DNA from: Octopus vulgaris
Lineage: Eukaryota
Assembly (NCBI GenBank): GCA_951406725.2
Contig: OX597825.1
Location: forward strand, 10,974,001-11,038,000
Length of the DNA stretch: 64,000 nt
Reading direction: 5' to 3'
A program made the position numbers and the translations under genes. Shown piece after piece: positions 12,329-25,732 of this stretch (position 1 is the first letter of the stretch; each line of letters opens with the position of its first letter). Below the pieces are notes generated by a model. The model searched no databases. It was given only the letters and a program-made list of their open reading frames with translations, and was not told where the DNA came from.

Positions 12329-12640
12329 CATCATCATCATCATCATTGTTTAACCTCCGTTTTCCGTGCTAGCACGGGTTGGACGGTTCGACTGGGGTCT
12401 GGGAAGCCAGGGGCTGCACCAGGCTCCAGTCTGATCTGGCACTGTTTCTACAGCTGGATGCTCTTCCTAACGCCAACCACTCCGCGAGTGTAGTGGGTGC
12501 TTTTTACGTGCCACCTGCACAGGTGCCAGGGGAGTCTGGCATCGGCCACGTTCGGATAGTGCTTTTTATGTGCTTTTTATGTGCACAGAAGCCAGTCGAG
12601 GCGGCGCTGGCATCGGCCACCTCGACTGGCTTCTGTGCCG
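12329..12640 (-). mobile_element. RTE LINE 3' tail with terminal hairpin
   Basis: (CAT)n tail followed by the family sequence; inverted repeat at 12583-12638. Confidence 0.85.
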
Positions 12641-13401
12641 AAGAATAATAGATATGTTATAAAAGGGGAAGATTAAATTCAAAGTGTATTTATCTTTGAG
12701 ATATTCTGGTTATTAGTTTCTTGTTTGAAGATACTTTTAAGAGGTAAATGATTTTGACTTACTATGTTATTGATACTTTTGGGAAGTTAGTTGTAGTCAA
12801 GTTCCCTTTAAGTTACAAATACGTACCCAGACAGGTGGGATAAGAAATGATTCATTAAGTGCTATATGTATGTACAAATGCTGAAAAAAAAAAGTATGTC
12901 AAAAATGCCAAAGTGAAGTATACATAATTTACATGTGCTCCCTATACCAATAAAATTGCTGAGAAATTTGATTGAGGTTGGTTGTTAATTGTACCCTTTA
13001 TAGTTGCAGGAACAAACTATTGTTCCATAATAAAGAACAATTAAGCAAGTATGTTGTATGTTAATATACATTGCATAAAATAAAAATTATAAATGAAATT
13101 AATTTCGAAAAGCTATGCAAGCTCAGGTCTGTTTGTATGTGAATATATGAAATATACTGTAAGTGGGGAACAACGTAATCACCTACTTTCTAGCCCAACT
13201 CTCTACTTATGTAGCTATTTATGATGGATTTCTCTCAACATGGATAGACATGTATACGGGTGTAGATTTAGGCCTCTGATGTCAAGAAACACACATCTGC
13301 TGAATACTTAATACTGATTTCTCACATAAGAGGGATTTATAGAAAAGGAGAAACCAGATTGCACAACGATCATACTTTGTTCAAGTTTGGTTCTAATCAA
13401 T

Positions 13402-13609
13402 ACTCTCTCTCTTTTACTTGTTTCGGTCATTTGACTGCGGCCATGCTGGAGCACCGCCTTTAGTCGAGCAAATCGACCCTGGGACTTATTCTTTGTAAGC
13501 CCAGTACTTATTCTATCAGTCTCTTTTGCTGAACCGCTAAGTGATGGGGACGTAAACACACCAGCATCGGTTGTCAAGCAATGCTAGGGGGACAAACACA
13601 GACACACAA

Positions 13610-13640
<31 letters not shown>

Positions 13641-13812
13641 CATATATACGACAGGCCTCTTTCAGTTTCCGTCTACCAAATCCACTCGCAAGGCATTGGT
13701 CGGCCCGGGTCTATAGCAGAAGACACTTGCCCAAGATGCCACGCAGTGGGACTGAACCCGGAACCATGTGGTTGGTTAGCAAGCTACTTACCACACAGCC
13801 ACTCCTGCGCCT
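13402..13812 (-). mobile_element. Full-length OK-like tRNA-derived SINE
   Basis: Minus strand head GGCGCAGGAGTGGCTGTGTGGTAAG, B-box-like GGGTTCAGTCCC, internal TA/TG microsatellite, AG-rich tail. Confidence 0.9.
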
Positions 13813-13854
13813 ATGTTAATGAAATAAAAATATCCAGTTGTGAACTCTAACCTC

Positions 13855-14225
13855 CAGGAACTTATTTTTTCTCTTGAGTTGAGTTACCATTGTTGGAACA
13901 AATCCACAGGTGGCTTTCACACTCATTGATGGTCATGGAGTCAGTCTTCTTTTGTATTGAGAAACAGACTGACTTTGGTTGTAGTTTTCTCAAAGGGATA
14001 TTAACAATTCTTGTGGATTCACACAACAAATGAGCTGTGAGGACAATATCATTAGCATAGCCAAGGTCAGAAGATACAAATTCAGTTGACATTTTGATCA
14101 CTTCTGCATGCAGGTGAGGCATAGTCAGTGATTTCAAATATTTTGCTGACAGTAAGAAAGACTTTCTGGCATATAAGGGACAAGTTAGCCTGTAATAAGC
14201 TTCAAAAGATCTGGCAATTAACTAT
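13855..14225. mobile_element. Old RTE-clade RT fragment in two opposed orientations
   Basis: Minus 14090->13860: DLGYANDIVL...KKTDSM (YADD region). Plus 14120-14225: IVSDFKY..SKKDF..ACNKLQKIW, the next part of RTE ORF2. Confidence 0.65.
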
Positions 14226-14231
14226 TTTTTT

Positions 14232-14670
14232 ATTTCTTTATTACCGTCAAGGGGCTAAACACAGAGAGGACAAATAAGGACAGACAAGGGGATTAAGTCG
14301 TTTACATCGACCCCAGTGATTAACTGGTACTTATTTAATTGACCCTGAAAGGATGAAAGGCAAAGTTGACCTCAGCAGAATTTGAACTCAGAATATAACG
14401 GCAGACGAAATACCTATTTCTTTACTACCCACAAGGGGATAAACACAGAGAAGACAAACAAGGACAAACAAATGGATTAAGTTGATTATATCAACCCCAG
14501 TGCGTAACTGGTACTTAATTTATCGACCCCGAAAGGATGAAAGGCAAAGTCGACCTCAGCAGAATTTGAACTCAGAACATAACGGCAGACGAAATACGGC
14601 TACGCATTTCACCTGGCGTAAAGTCAAGCATTTCGCCCGGCATGCAAACATTTCAGCCAGCTTGCCACCT
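14232..14670 (-). mobile_element. Meta-domain-like SINE with duplicated body
   Basis: One head (~14620-14670) and two tandem ~185-bp body/tail units. Confidence 0.85.
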
Positions 14671-14859
14671 TGCAATCTTACTTCCTCACTTACCTTATAC
14701 AAACCTGTATAATCCTCGTTTATATACACCCTCTTTTACACCTTCATCTTATCCTTCTTCTTCCAACTAGGATAGCCACATATGTCCTCTACTGCAAGAC
14801 ATCTCCCCTAACACCACACTCCTCTCAGATGATGGGGTCTTGTCTCGCAACTTACCACA

Positions 14860-15050
14860 CTGGTGCTGATGCCATGTAAAAATCACCCAGAACACTCAAC
14901 CAAGTGGTTGGCATCATGAAGGGCATCAAGCCATAGAATCCATGCCAAAACAAGCAGTAGAGCTTGGTGCAGTCATCCGGGTTTTCCAGTTCCTGTCAAA
15001 CTGCCCAATTCATGCTAGTATGGGAAGCAGACATTAAATGATGATGTTGA
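14860..15050 (+). mobile_element. Degenerate RTE 3' tail
   Basis: GTGGTTGGCATCATGAAGGGCATC...TTAAATGATGATG. Confidence 0.6.
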
Positions 15051-15423
15051 CCAGGTGACTGCTTCTTTTTTTTTTTTACCTGAATATACCTGCCAAATGG
15101 GAGTAATTTTATGTTTGGTCTATGTATGAGCCTTAATGAGATTCCTTATTCAACATAACATAAATACTTCTCACACTGACACACAAAACTGACAATATCA
15201 GATTATAAAAAACATAAATAATAAAAAAAGATTTGTCTAATTAACCTTTTCAAATGCTTTATAGAAATCCTTTACCACTCAGTTCACATAGATATAATGA
15301 CGTTTTTTTACATTTTCACCTTTAACCTATCACAAGAAATATTAAGGTGCATGTTGGATTCTGGTAATCTCCAAAAGGTATATGTAAGTATATACATACT
15401 TGTATGTATGTATGTGTGTGTGA

Positions 15424-15481
<58 letters not shown>

Positions 15482-15489
15482 ATATTTTA

Positions 15490-15862
15490 CTCTCTTTCTC
15501 TTTACTTGTTTCAGTCATTTGACTGTGGCCATGCTGGAGCACCGCCTTTAGTCGAGCAAATCGATCCCAGGACTTATTCTATTGGTCTCTTTTGCCGAAC
15601 TGCTAAGTTACAAGAATGTAAACACACCACCATCGGTTGTCAAGCGATGTGTGTACATACACACATATATATATATATATATGCACACACACATATATAC
15701 GACAAGCTTCTTTCAGTTTCCGTCTACCAAATCCACTCACAAGGCTTTGGTTGGCCCGAGGCTATAGTAGAAGACACTTGCCCAAGGTGCCATGCAGTGG
15801 GACTGAATCCAGAACGATGTGGTTTGTAAGCAAGCTACTTACCACAAAGCCACTCCTATGCC
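15490..15862 (-). mobile_element. OK-like SINE
   Basis: Near full-length homolog of 13402-13812. Confidence 0.88.
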
Positions 15863-15936
15863 TATATATATATAAATATAATCATTATCATCATCGTTTA
15901 ACGTCTGTTTTCCATGTTGGCATATATACATACACA

Positions 15937-15977
<41 letters not shown>

Positions 15978-15994
15978 ATCTGTGTGTGTAAAAC

Positions 15995-16395
15995 TAAGCT
16001 ATGTGGAAGTGAAGCATGGGTTATGACTACAGAGGACATGTGAAGGCTTGAAAGAAATGAAGCCAGTATGCTCCACTGGATGGATAATGTCAGCGCCCAT
16101 GTACAACAGAGTGTAAATGATTTAAGAGAAAAATTGGGTATAAGAAGCACCAGCTGTAGTGTCCATGAGAGAAGACTGTGCTGGTATGGTCATGTGATGT
16201 GTATGGATGAGGACAACAGCATAAAGAAGTGCCAATTTCTAATTGTGGAGGGAACCCGTGAAAGAAGCTGACCCAGGAAAACAGGACAAAGTGGTGAGAA
16301 AGTATGTTCAAAAGATGGGACTCACTGAGGAGACGACAAGGAACCAAAACTTTTGGCAATTTACTGTTCTTGAGAAGATATGTCAAGGCAAGTAA
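15995..16395 (+). mobile_element. RTE LINE ORF2 C-terminal fragment
   Basis: EASMLHWMDNVS...LREKLGI...ERRLCWYGHVMCMDE (RTE RL.W.GHV motif). Confidence 0.85.
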
Positions 16396-16809
16396 AATCA
16401 TGGCCATCCATACATAGAGGTGTAGCATGTAGCCATTTTCAAATAGTAGCGCCAATTTGTGGTAGCTGGCAATATGACGTAATGTCGTATTGCCGAAGAA
16501 ATATGATTGGTCGTTTTCCCATTGGTTGAAATAACTGCTCAAATAGGAATTATGAAAATTTGTTAAAGAATATTTTTATGTGATTTCAATTCTTTAAAGT
16601 CAAGTTGAGCAGTTATAAAAACCCTGGATTTTGGGGAAAACTTTAGTGTTTGTTGGATGTAACTAAACTCCACGACACTCACTCCTATGAGACATTGGTT
16701 ATTTTTTTATGCCATGACTATGAAAAATCTCAACAGAGGCATGACCTTCATGGCTATGCACCCACCATCTCCTTTTCTCAGTCAAGAGATCCTTGTCTTA
16801 CCATTTTAC

Positions 16810-17670
16810 AGATGCTGGTGCTTCATGTAGAGCAGCGGTGCTAGTCCTGTCTTTAGAGCCCCTGTGTCAGTGCTATGTAGAGCAACCATGCTGGTGCCAT
16901 CTGTAGAGCACTTGTGCTAGTGCCATGTGCACAGCACCTGTGCAAGTGCTGTGTGTACAGCCACTGTGCTGGTGTTGCATGCACAGCTCCTGTACCAGTG
17001 CTGCATTTATATAGCTCTGTAGTCTTGTGAGTTACATGGTGACCTCACTCACACTGGTACCACAAAAAGTGCACCCAATAAAATTGGTTGGTATTAAGAA
17101 GGGCATCTGGCCATAGAAACCATGCCAAATCAGACGCTGGAACATGATGCAGTCCAGGACATATCTGATCCTGCCAATATGTCCAATCCATCCAGCGACA
17201 AGCTGGCAGAATGGTCAGCACGCCGGACGAAATGCTTAGGGTATTTCTTCTGCCGCTGCATTCTGAGTTCAAATTCCGTCGAGGTCGACTTTGCCTTTCA
17301 TCCTTTCGGGTTAGATAAATTAAGTACCAGTTACACACTGGGGTTGATGTAATCGACTTAATCCCTTTGTCTGTCCTTCTTCGTCCCCTCTGTGTTTAGC
17401 CCCTTGTGGGTAGTAAAGAAATAGGTATTTCTTCTGCCCCTACATTCTGAGTTCAAATTCTGCCGAGGTCAACTATGCCTTTCATCCTTTTGGGGTCGAT
17501 AAATTAAGTACCAGTTACGCACTGGGGATGACGTAATCGACTTAATCCGTTTTTCTGTCCTTGTTTGTCCCCTCTATGCTTAGCCCCTTGTGGGCAATAA
17601 AGAAATAAGAAATAAGATGTCAAATCCATGCCAGCATGGAATATGCATGTTAAACAATGATTATCATGAT
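16810..17670 (+). mobile_element. Old RTE 3'UTR/tail interrupted by a SINE
   Basis: ~25-bp repeats at 16840-17020, tail motif at 17085-17195, resuming at ~17617-17670. Confidence 0.65.
17197..17616 (+). mobile_element. Meta-domain-like SINE with duplicated body, nested in RTE tail
   Basis: Head plus two body units; imperfect TSD ATGTCCAATCCATCCAGC / ATGTCAAATCCATGCCAGC. Confidence 0.85.
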
Positions 17671-18129
17671 ATGTGTGCGTGTGTGTGTGTATGCATGTGA
17701 ATATGTGCATTGTGTATGTGTAACTATAATTGGGTGTAATGTTGTTTTCTAGTAACTATGGAGATAAATAGCTAGGTGTTAAATATAATGAATATCTTTC
17801 TTAGGTAGATTGATTGATTGAATTAAAAAGTTTATTTTCAGGGAGAGAAAGGTCAGATATGGTGACAAGGTCATAGCAGCATAGTGAAACATTTGTTAAC
17901 CAAGAAAGTCATCACTTCATTATCAGTTTTATTTTTAAACTGCTTCTATTAATCTATTCAGAATAGTCAGCATTATATTTCTTTTACACACAAGGTATGA
18001 ATGTAGCTAAAAATAGTCAAAAATTTAGTAGTTACTACTTTTCATTTTTTAACTTAGTTATGAGGTCACAAATTCTGAGGGTAGGGATAGTTAACCTGGG
18101 GAATATATCATCCTCAGTTATTGTCTTGT

Positions 18130-18480
18130 TCATACGAGGGCAGAGGTATTGTTTTCAGTTGTGTTTTTTGTCCGTGGACTGGATATCTCAAGAACTGCTG
18201 GATGGAATCAAATGAAACCTTCAAGGATGTTTGGCCTTAGGACTGGCATGAACTGATTAGATTTTGGGATTGATCCAGTACTGGACAAGGATTCTAGAAT
18301 ATTTTTCCTATTTTTTCACTTAATTTTTGAGAGGTCAAGTTCGTTTTTAGTATTCTCATTTGCGAGAGCAAAGTTTATTTCACATATTCTCATTTTAAAA
18401 ATCCTCTCCAGTTAATCGTTGAGAGGACATTGGTGTTTTCTTGGTTGAGGTTTGTGCTCTCTGAGTGCTCCTTATTTGTT
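18130..18480 (+). mobile_element. Helentron/HINE-like non-autonomous element
   Basis: GAGGTATTGTTTTCAG start and GAGGTTTGTGCTCTCTGAGTGCTC end resemble HINE-type elements from recall. Confidence 0.45.
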
Positions 18481-18691
18481 AGGGACATTTAACTCACATG
18501 ACAGCAACCTTATCCACTATCAGTGAAGACAGGCATAAAAATACCAAATTGCATTAGTATGTCTGGGATTAATCTTTGTGTGTGTCTGCATGCATGTGCG
18601 TGCAGTAAATAGACTTCAAAATTCTTCAAAATACAATTCCTGTATCAATCTTTTGTATAATACTGTATAACAAAATATATCTCTGGACTTC

Positions 18692-19218
18692 GGCCACTTT
18701 AACATGCGGTCTACTGCAGTGTCCTGTCTATGCTGCGAAATTACTTTTAGCGTGCGGTCTACTTTTTCTTACCCTCTCAACCTGAGTTAATTTTAACCAT
18801 TGCAATGCTGTTAAAGGATTTCTATCGACATATAATTGTTACAGAGAAAACGGCAGTTGCATTTTTACAAGAAAACATTCATCTGGATACATCACAAGAA
18901 GCAGACCCTTGTCATCGATGTTGTAGTGTTATGCAAGTAGAACAAGTGGAGAATACCAGCCTATATTTCGCTGTCTTGAAAAGGGAGTCAAACCGTCTTT
19001 TTTTTTTCATTATACAGGCATCAACAACAGGTTGCACTGCAATTTGAGTTTGTGTGAGATTTTAGAACTGGTGTTTTTTTTTTCGTGATAGAGATACAGA
19101 AAAAAGTAAGAAAAGGTAGACTGCATGCTAAAAGTAATTTCACAGCGTAGACAGAATACTGTGGTAGACCGCATGCTAAAGTTGGATACTGCAGTGGACC
19201 GCATGCTAAAGTAGCACC
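18692..19218 (+). mobile_element. TIR element, probably a Merlin-like deletion derivative
   Basis: ~80-110-bp TIRs built of (TTT)AGCATGCGGTCTAC subrepeats, GG..CC ends; interior MLLKDFYRHIIVTEKTAVAFLQEN...PCHRCCSVM resembles the Zn-ribbon N-terminus of Merlin/IS1016-type transposases; no TSD seen. Confidence 0.6.
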
Positions 19219-19246
19219 GATTATGATCATATGGGAAATTAATGAA

Positions 19247-19602
19247 ATAAAACATCGCCTTAAATTTAATAAATTTAATTTCTGAAATTAAAAATAGTTA
19301 AAAATAAAACTAATCTTCCCAGCAAACCCTGTAACATTCTCAGAAAAAAGATCGTCTGTTACAGATTTTGTTGTTTCTTGTTCAAAAATCGTTGAAATTT
19401 TTGAAAGGATGGAAACAATTCACTGGGAAATATTTCAGAAATATCCCAGATTCTGGCAATATTTCTTCAAATATTTTAGAGGTTATGCTTTTCTATCCAT
19501 ATTTTGTAAGTCATTCAAAATACATCAGCAGACGACACGGAAGATATTGAGAGAAGACTGGAAATTATAAGGCAAGGACATGTAAAACTTCCCTTCTCTA
19601 AA
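19247..19602 (+). repeat. Dispersed ~350-bp module, near-identical to 22880-23238
   Basis: Alignment by eye; part also present at 20972-21056 inside a Helitron. Confidence 0.9.
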
Positions 19603-19675
19603 GAAAACTAATTTTATTTCATTTCATGAATATTTTGTGTTTAGTATTTGACATTGTATGCCATCGTTAATTTCC

Positions 19676-19828
19676 TCTGTGTGGTAAGTAGCTTGTTTAC
19701 CAACCACATGGTTCCGGGTTCAGTCCCACTGCGTGGCACCTTGTGCAAGTGTCTTCTACTATAGCCTCGGGCCGACTAAAGCCTTGTGAGTGGATTTGGT
19801 AGGCGGAAACCGAAAGAAGCCTGTCGTA

Positions 19829-19876
<48 letters not shown>

Positions 19877-20105
19877 TGTGTGTGTTTGTGTATCTGTGTT
19901 TGTCCCCCTAGCATTGCTTGACAACTGATGCTGGTGTGTTTATGTGCCCGTTACTTAGCGGTTCGGCAAAAGCGACCGATAGAATAAGTACTGGGCTTAC
20001 AAATGAATAAGTCCCGGGGTCGAGTTGCTCGATTAAAGGCGGTGCTCCAGCATGGCTGCAGTCATATGCCTGGAACAAGTAGAAGAGTAACATAGAGAGT
20101 AAAGA
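19676..20105 (+). mobile_element. OK-like SINE
   Basis: Homolog of 13402-13812 lacking only the first bases. Confidence 0.9.
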
Positions 20106-20547
20106 GTATCTACATCGATATTTAAGAGTTTCCGAAAAAGATTGCGCGGTAAGTTTTGATGAAAGACAGATTTCATTTTTGGAAAAAAATTTTTGATTAT
20201 CGAATAATAATTTTGTTTCGATCGAAGGAAACATTTAATGCAATAAATAAATAAATGAATAAAAATAAAATGAATATTTGAATTTAGTTTTTAAAGTTCG
20301 GTTTGGGAATTGGAAACCAGCAACGACGAGACATTGAGACGAAAGAAAAACAAAATTGGGACGAATGTAAGTAATTTTACAACTTTCACTTTTAACATTT
20401 CATACTTTGACAGTTTAAAGGAGTTCCTTCGTAGCCTATTGACCTTCCTGGAACGGGGGTCAGATTCTCCTCAAATTACACCTTACCAATTAACAAGTTC
20501 TCAATTGGTTTCCTGTAAGGAGTATTGAGGTATTTTTAAAATATAAG

Positions 20548-21208
<661 letters not shown>

Positions 21209-21237
21209 TATATATATATATATATATATATATATAG

Positions 21238-21271
<34 letters not shown>

Positions 21272-21429
21272 TCACACACACACACACACACATATATATG
21301 TATATATATTTATACATAAAATGGTAAAATCCAAATCCCAAGATAGGCCTATGGCCCATCAGTCCAAAAGTTCCCTTCTGTTTGTTTATTTAGGTAAGTC
21401 CACCATTAATTGCCGGTTGGTCAGGCTTG

Positions 21430-21590
21430 TTGAGATTTCACTATATTACACATTTTTGCTTGCAGGGTGGACTTGTGGAACGTGAAATGAAGTGTTTTGC
21501 ACTGAACACAACGCCTCACCCGGTTCAGTAATCAAAACCGCAATCTCACGACCATGAGTCTTACACCGTAACCGCTAAGCCATGTGCTTC
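21430..21590 (-). mobile_element. OR1-like SINE 5' part
   Basis: Minus strand TGGCTTAGCGG A-box-like, GGTTTTGATTAC B-box-like, then GCAAAACACTTCATTTCAC. Confidence 0.7.
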
Positions 21591-21620
21591 AACCATCATT
21601 AAAAATGGTTTTATTCATAA

Positions 21621-21945
21621 CTAGCAGTATCGCCCGGCATTGCTCGGGTTTGTTTTGACCCTTTAGAATTGGAATTTTGGAAAAGTAAACAGTTTGCATT
21701 ATGTAGCTTGTTATTCTCTTTAAATGAACATTTTTCTGGTTGAAATACACCGAAAAATGGTGACACCGCAGTAAAAAAATCGTAAAAAAATAGGGATTTT
21801 CATAGAAAAAAAGCACCTTTATGATGTAAATAATTTTTGGTGTTAACATGGTCCGATTTGAATTTTTTTCTTCTACAGAAGGAAGAGCAAGCCTTCTTCT
21901 ATCATACTCTCAATTTTGGTCAACTTGTGCCGCAGGGTCTCGGAC
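21621..21945 (-). mobile_element. Non-autonomous Helitron 3' portion, inverted relative to 20755-21208
   Basis: A|CTAGCAGTATCGCCCGGCATTGCTCGGG is the reverse complement of the same 3' end; homology runs to GCAGGGTCTCGGA. Confidence 0.8.
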
Positions 21946-22879
21946 CCCCAGCTTGCATAATATAGTCCTGGAGACTCTTAGAAGACAGAATTATGGCCGG
22001 AATGTTTCTGAGGTATATCTACACAAACGTGCCCGCCGATTTTGTTTCCTGATAATTTCCAAGAAAATGGATATTTTTTAAATGAAATTTTCCACAAATA
22101 TCTTTCAGATGGGGTAGATTATAATTATATCAAAATTTAATATTAAAAAATTAACGATAAGATCAATAAACGATAAGATCAATGTCACTTTGAGTCACAA
22201 AATTGGTGAGTGCACACATACATACTAAAACGGTTTTTTTCTTCAAAATTTTAAGTTTCATTTTTGTTGATGTATGTGTGCGTGCCCATCATTGTTTTCC
22301 ACATTAAATTCCGATAAAGTTGTGATTTTAGTTTTGACTCCGTGATTTTGATTGTCTCGATTGCTGAGCAGAGTTCTGTTCTGTTTGCAGACGACATTGT
22401 TCAGCGTTGATTTTAGTTAGTCGAGAATGTAGAAACTCGGTCGTTTAATACCTTTTAAACTTTGATATTCGAGCTTGGGTTTATAACAATAATATTTATC
22501 TATAGCATCTGAAAGGTGTTTGTAGAAAGTTTCATAATAAAATTCCCAGTTTTCTGAAAGTCACGAGGAAGCAATCTGTAGGGAGCACAGTTCTGTGGGT
22601 ATGCACCTTTTAATTTAGGGTTGCTTGATCAGAACAAACAACATGTAAAGAAGTTACTGTATTTCTTAAAAGTTAAAGAATAAAGATAAGACAAAGAATA
22701 GTTATGAAATTTATTAAAAAAAAAAAAAGGAAAAAATGCAAATTTAATGCCATAAACGATAACTATCAGTACCACCTTGGTTCAGAAAATTATATAAAAA
22801 AATAACTCTTTTACCATCAAATCTCTGAATGTCCATATGCCAATCTCAACTAACTTCATTAATTTCACCTTTTGAATAA

Positions 22880-23238
22880 TGAAAAAAAACATCGCCTCAA
22901 ATTTAATAAATTTAATTTCTGAAATTAAAAATAGTTTTTAAAAAAACTAATCTTCCCAGCAAACCCTGTAACATTCTCAGAAAAAAGATCGTCTGTTACA
23001 GATTTTGTTGTTTCTTGTTCAAAAATCGTTGAAATTTTTGAAAAAATGGAAACAATTCACTGGCAAATATTTCAGAAATATCCAGATTCTGGCAATATTT
23101 CTTTAAATATTTTAGAGGTTATGCTTTTCTATCCATATTTTGTAAGTCATTCAAAATACATCTGCAGACGACATGGAAGATATTGAGAGAAGACTGGAAA
23201 TTATAAGGCAAGGACAAGTAAAACTTCCCTTCTTTAAA
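22880..23238 (+). repeat. Second copy of the 19247-19602 module
   Basis: Alignment by eye. Confidence 0.9.
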
Positions 23239-23924
23239 TTTGATAAAATAGTTTAACTCAAGTCTTGTGAATGAGCATTTGAAAAGCGAAATTTGTGTAA
23301 AAAAACGAAATTATTCAAGGCAATGAAGAGCTGTACTTAGCACTACTTTGCAACCTTATCGACTTGGGGACATTTGTGGGTGTTTCCTCTATTTCAGGAT
23401 CTCACGGAAGTGAAAAATATTTACCAGACTAACAGTGAAAGTATATTCCTAACAAATGAAAATAAAATAAATCTTGTCTTTGCTTGATTTGCCAACCACT
23501 TTACAAAGTGTACTGGGTGCATTCACCCAGTACACCTAACCACTCTCTCTTCTACATCCTTCTATCTTCCCTGGCTCATGGTGTCTTTGTTCATCCACCT
23601 TTCAATTCTATCCATTTTGGTAGCCAGGCTTTCCATCCCCACTTCCTATACTATCTTGCAAACCACCCACACACCCACTTTTACTCAGCTTGTTCCTTGT
23701 GGGGCTACCTGGACACCTCATCACCATTATTTATCTCTTGTGAGCTCCTTCTAATCATTTTCTCTTTCTCCTCTACCCTGCTACTAGATGTGAGTAACCA
23801 TGCAAATACCTCTGTAGGAACCTGCTCAGCTCCACCTTGTAGTAATTCCCTCATCCTCTAGTGTAAAGCTGACCCCTCCACTTTCCCTAGGGCTCATAGT
23901 CATGTGAACTGCATAGTGACTTCA

Positions 23925-24090
23925 ACAGTGCAGGTGGCATGTAAAAAGCACAATGTGGACACAGTGAAATGGTTGGCATTAGGAAAGGCATCCAGCCATA
24001 AAAACCCTGCCAAAGCAGACATTGGACACATCGGATGCCGTTAAATTGTCCAGTCCATACCAACATGGACGTTAGGTGATGATGATGATA
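23925..24090 (+). mobile_element. Degenerate RTE 3' tail
   Basis: GGTTGGCATTAGGAAAGGCATCCAGCC...GGACGTTAGGTGATGATGATG. Confidence 0.65.
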
Positions 24091-24098
24091 AATATGTT

Positions 24099-24129
<31 letters not shown>

Positions 24130-24165
24130 GTATATGTGTGTATATATGTTTATGTATGCGTATGT

Positions 24166-24485
24166 AGGTGCAAGTGTGGCTGTGTGGTAAGAAGTTTGCT
24201 TGGTTCCTTAGGTATCTTCTATTATAACCCCTGGCAAACCAGAGCCTTGTGAATGGATTTGATAGATGGAAACTGAAACAAGCCTGTGGTGTGTGTGTAT
24301 GTGTGTGTGTGTGTGTGTGTGTGTCTGCATGTCTATGTGCTTGTCCCCAAATGGTGTTGGTTTGTTTATATCCTCATCATTTACCAGTTTGGCAAAAGTG
24401 ACTGACAGAATAAGTATCAGGCTTTTAAAAAGAAATGACTTGGGTCATTTTGCTTGACTAAATCCTTCAAGGCAGAGCCCCAGCA
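24166..24485 (+). mobile_element. Degenerate OK-like SINE
   Basis: Head GTGGCTGTGTGGTAAGAAG, internal (TG)n. Confidence 0.7.
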
Positions 24486-25402
24486 AAATGGATTAAAAAG
24501 TAAGATTCCTTTCCATTGTTAAGAATATCTGTAGGTACTTTTCCTTTGCCATAAAAGATTTCTTTTGTTTTTGTGCAACAATACTCTGAAAGCTCTCTTA
24601 CATTATCAAATAGAGTATTAGTCTGCATTATAAATGTTATGTCCTCATTCTTATCATCACATTGACTTTTGTCTTGAAACAAAAGGACCAATGCCATGTG
24701 ATAATTTCAACGCTAACGCTCACAAAGCTTCAATGATTTTGAAAAGCCTCACACAATATCTCTTAGAAGAAATCAATACCTAATATTTAGCATGGTCTTA
24801 AACACCAAAATTACCATCCTAGATTACTGCATTACCAGTCATAGATATTGCTCACCTTACGGTCAGAAAAATATTCTTTATTATTAATAGACACCTGCAA
24901 CCATTTTGTATACCTAAACTGCATAATTATCTAAACATGATTTAATAGAAATTTCTGTATTAAATATTAAATGTGTAATGCAAGCTTTATGCTATGTGGT
25001 TTATTCAGGTGATAAATATTGAAGATACAGTTACTGGTGATTTTGATCAAAAGCCAGTCAGAATTGCTTTTATTAACATTGCTAATGCCCTTGGGAAAAG
25101 GATGAAGGTCACACTTTACTTTTTCTACTCATTTATAATCTAAAATGTAATCCTGTAAGTTTTTGTTTTAAGGTGATTGAGCACATTGTGTGTGGTAAAT
25201 CATTAAAATCTCATGTTGGGAAATAATAAATGAAACAGATGGATGGTTACATTAAAAATTAAATTTTGCAAGCTAGTGAGCAACTAAAACATAATTTGCT
25301 ATATAGAGTTTATGAAGAATTGCAACATTTAATGGAAAAAAAAGCCCCATGGTTTATTCATTTGTTTGTCTTATTGGCTATATGGTAGATAAGCACCATA
25401 AC

Positions 25403-25449
<47 letters not shown>

Positions 25450-25732
25450 ATGCATACATAGGAAATTAGACATGTAGGATCTCTCTTAATCAAACATGAA
25501 TATAGTTAACTAAATTAACCACAGTATATTAATAGTACATATTTTACTGACCCTAGAAATCTTTACTTACCTAAATATTTCTATATGGATAAGATCACTA
25601 CAAGATATTTGAGAGTAACCTCACCAAAATATGAGAAAATATGTTTTTTAAAAAATTTTTCTTTAAAGCATTTGCTCATTACAAGGTCCTTAGACCACTG
25701 AAAATGTAAGAGCTACTAGAATTAAATGGATG

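Noticed and set aside
13740-13812. tRNA-like A/B boxes here and at 2885, 21500 and 45430
   Set aside because: SINE heads without a complete cloverleaf, followed by SINE bodies
24467-24697. Minus-strand 76-aa ORF with protein-like composition
   Set aside because: No recognisable motif or convincing donor, and it runs into a SINE
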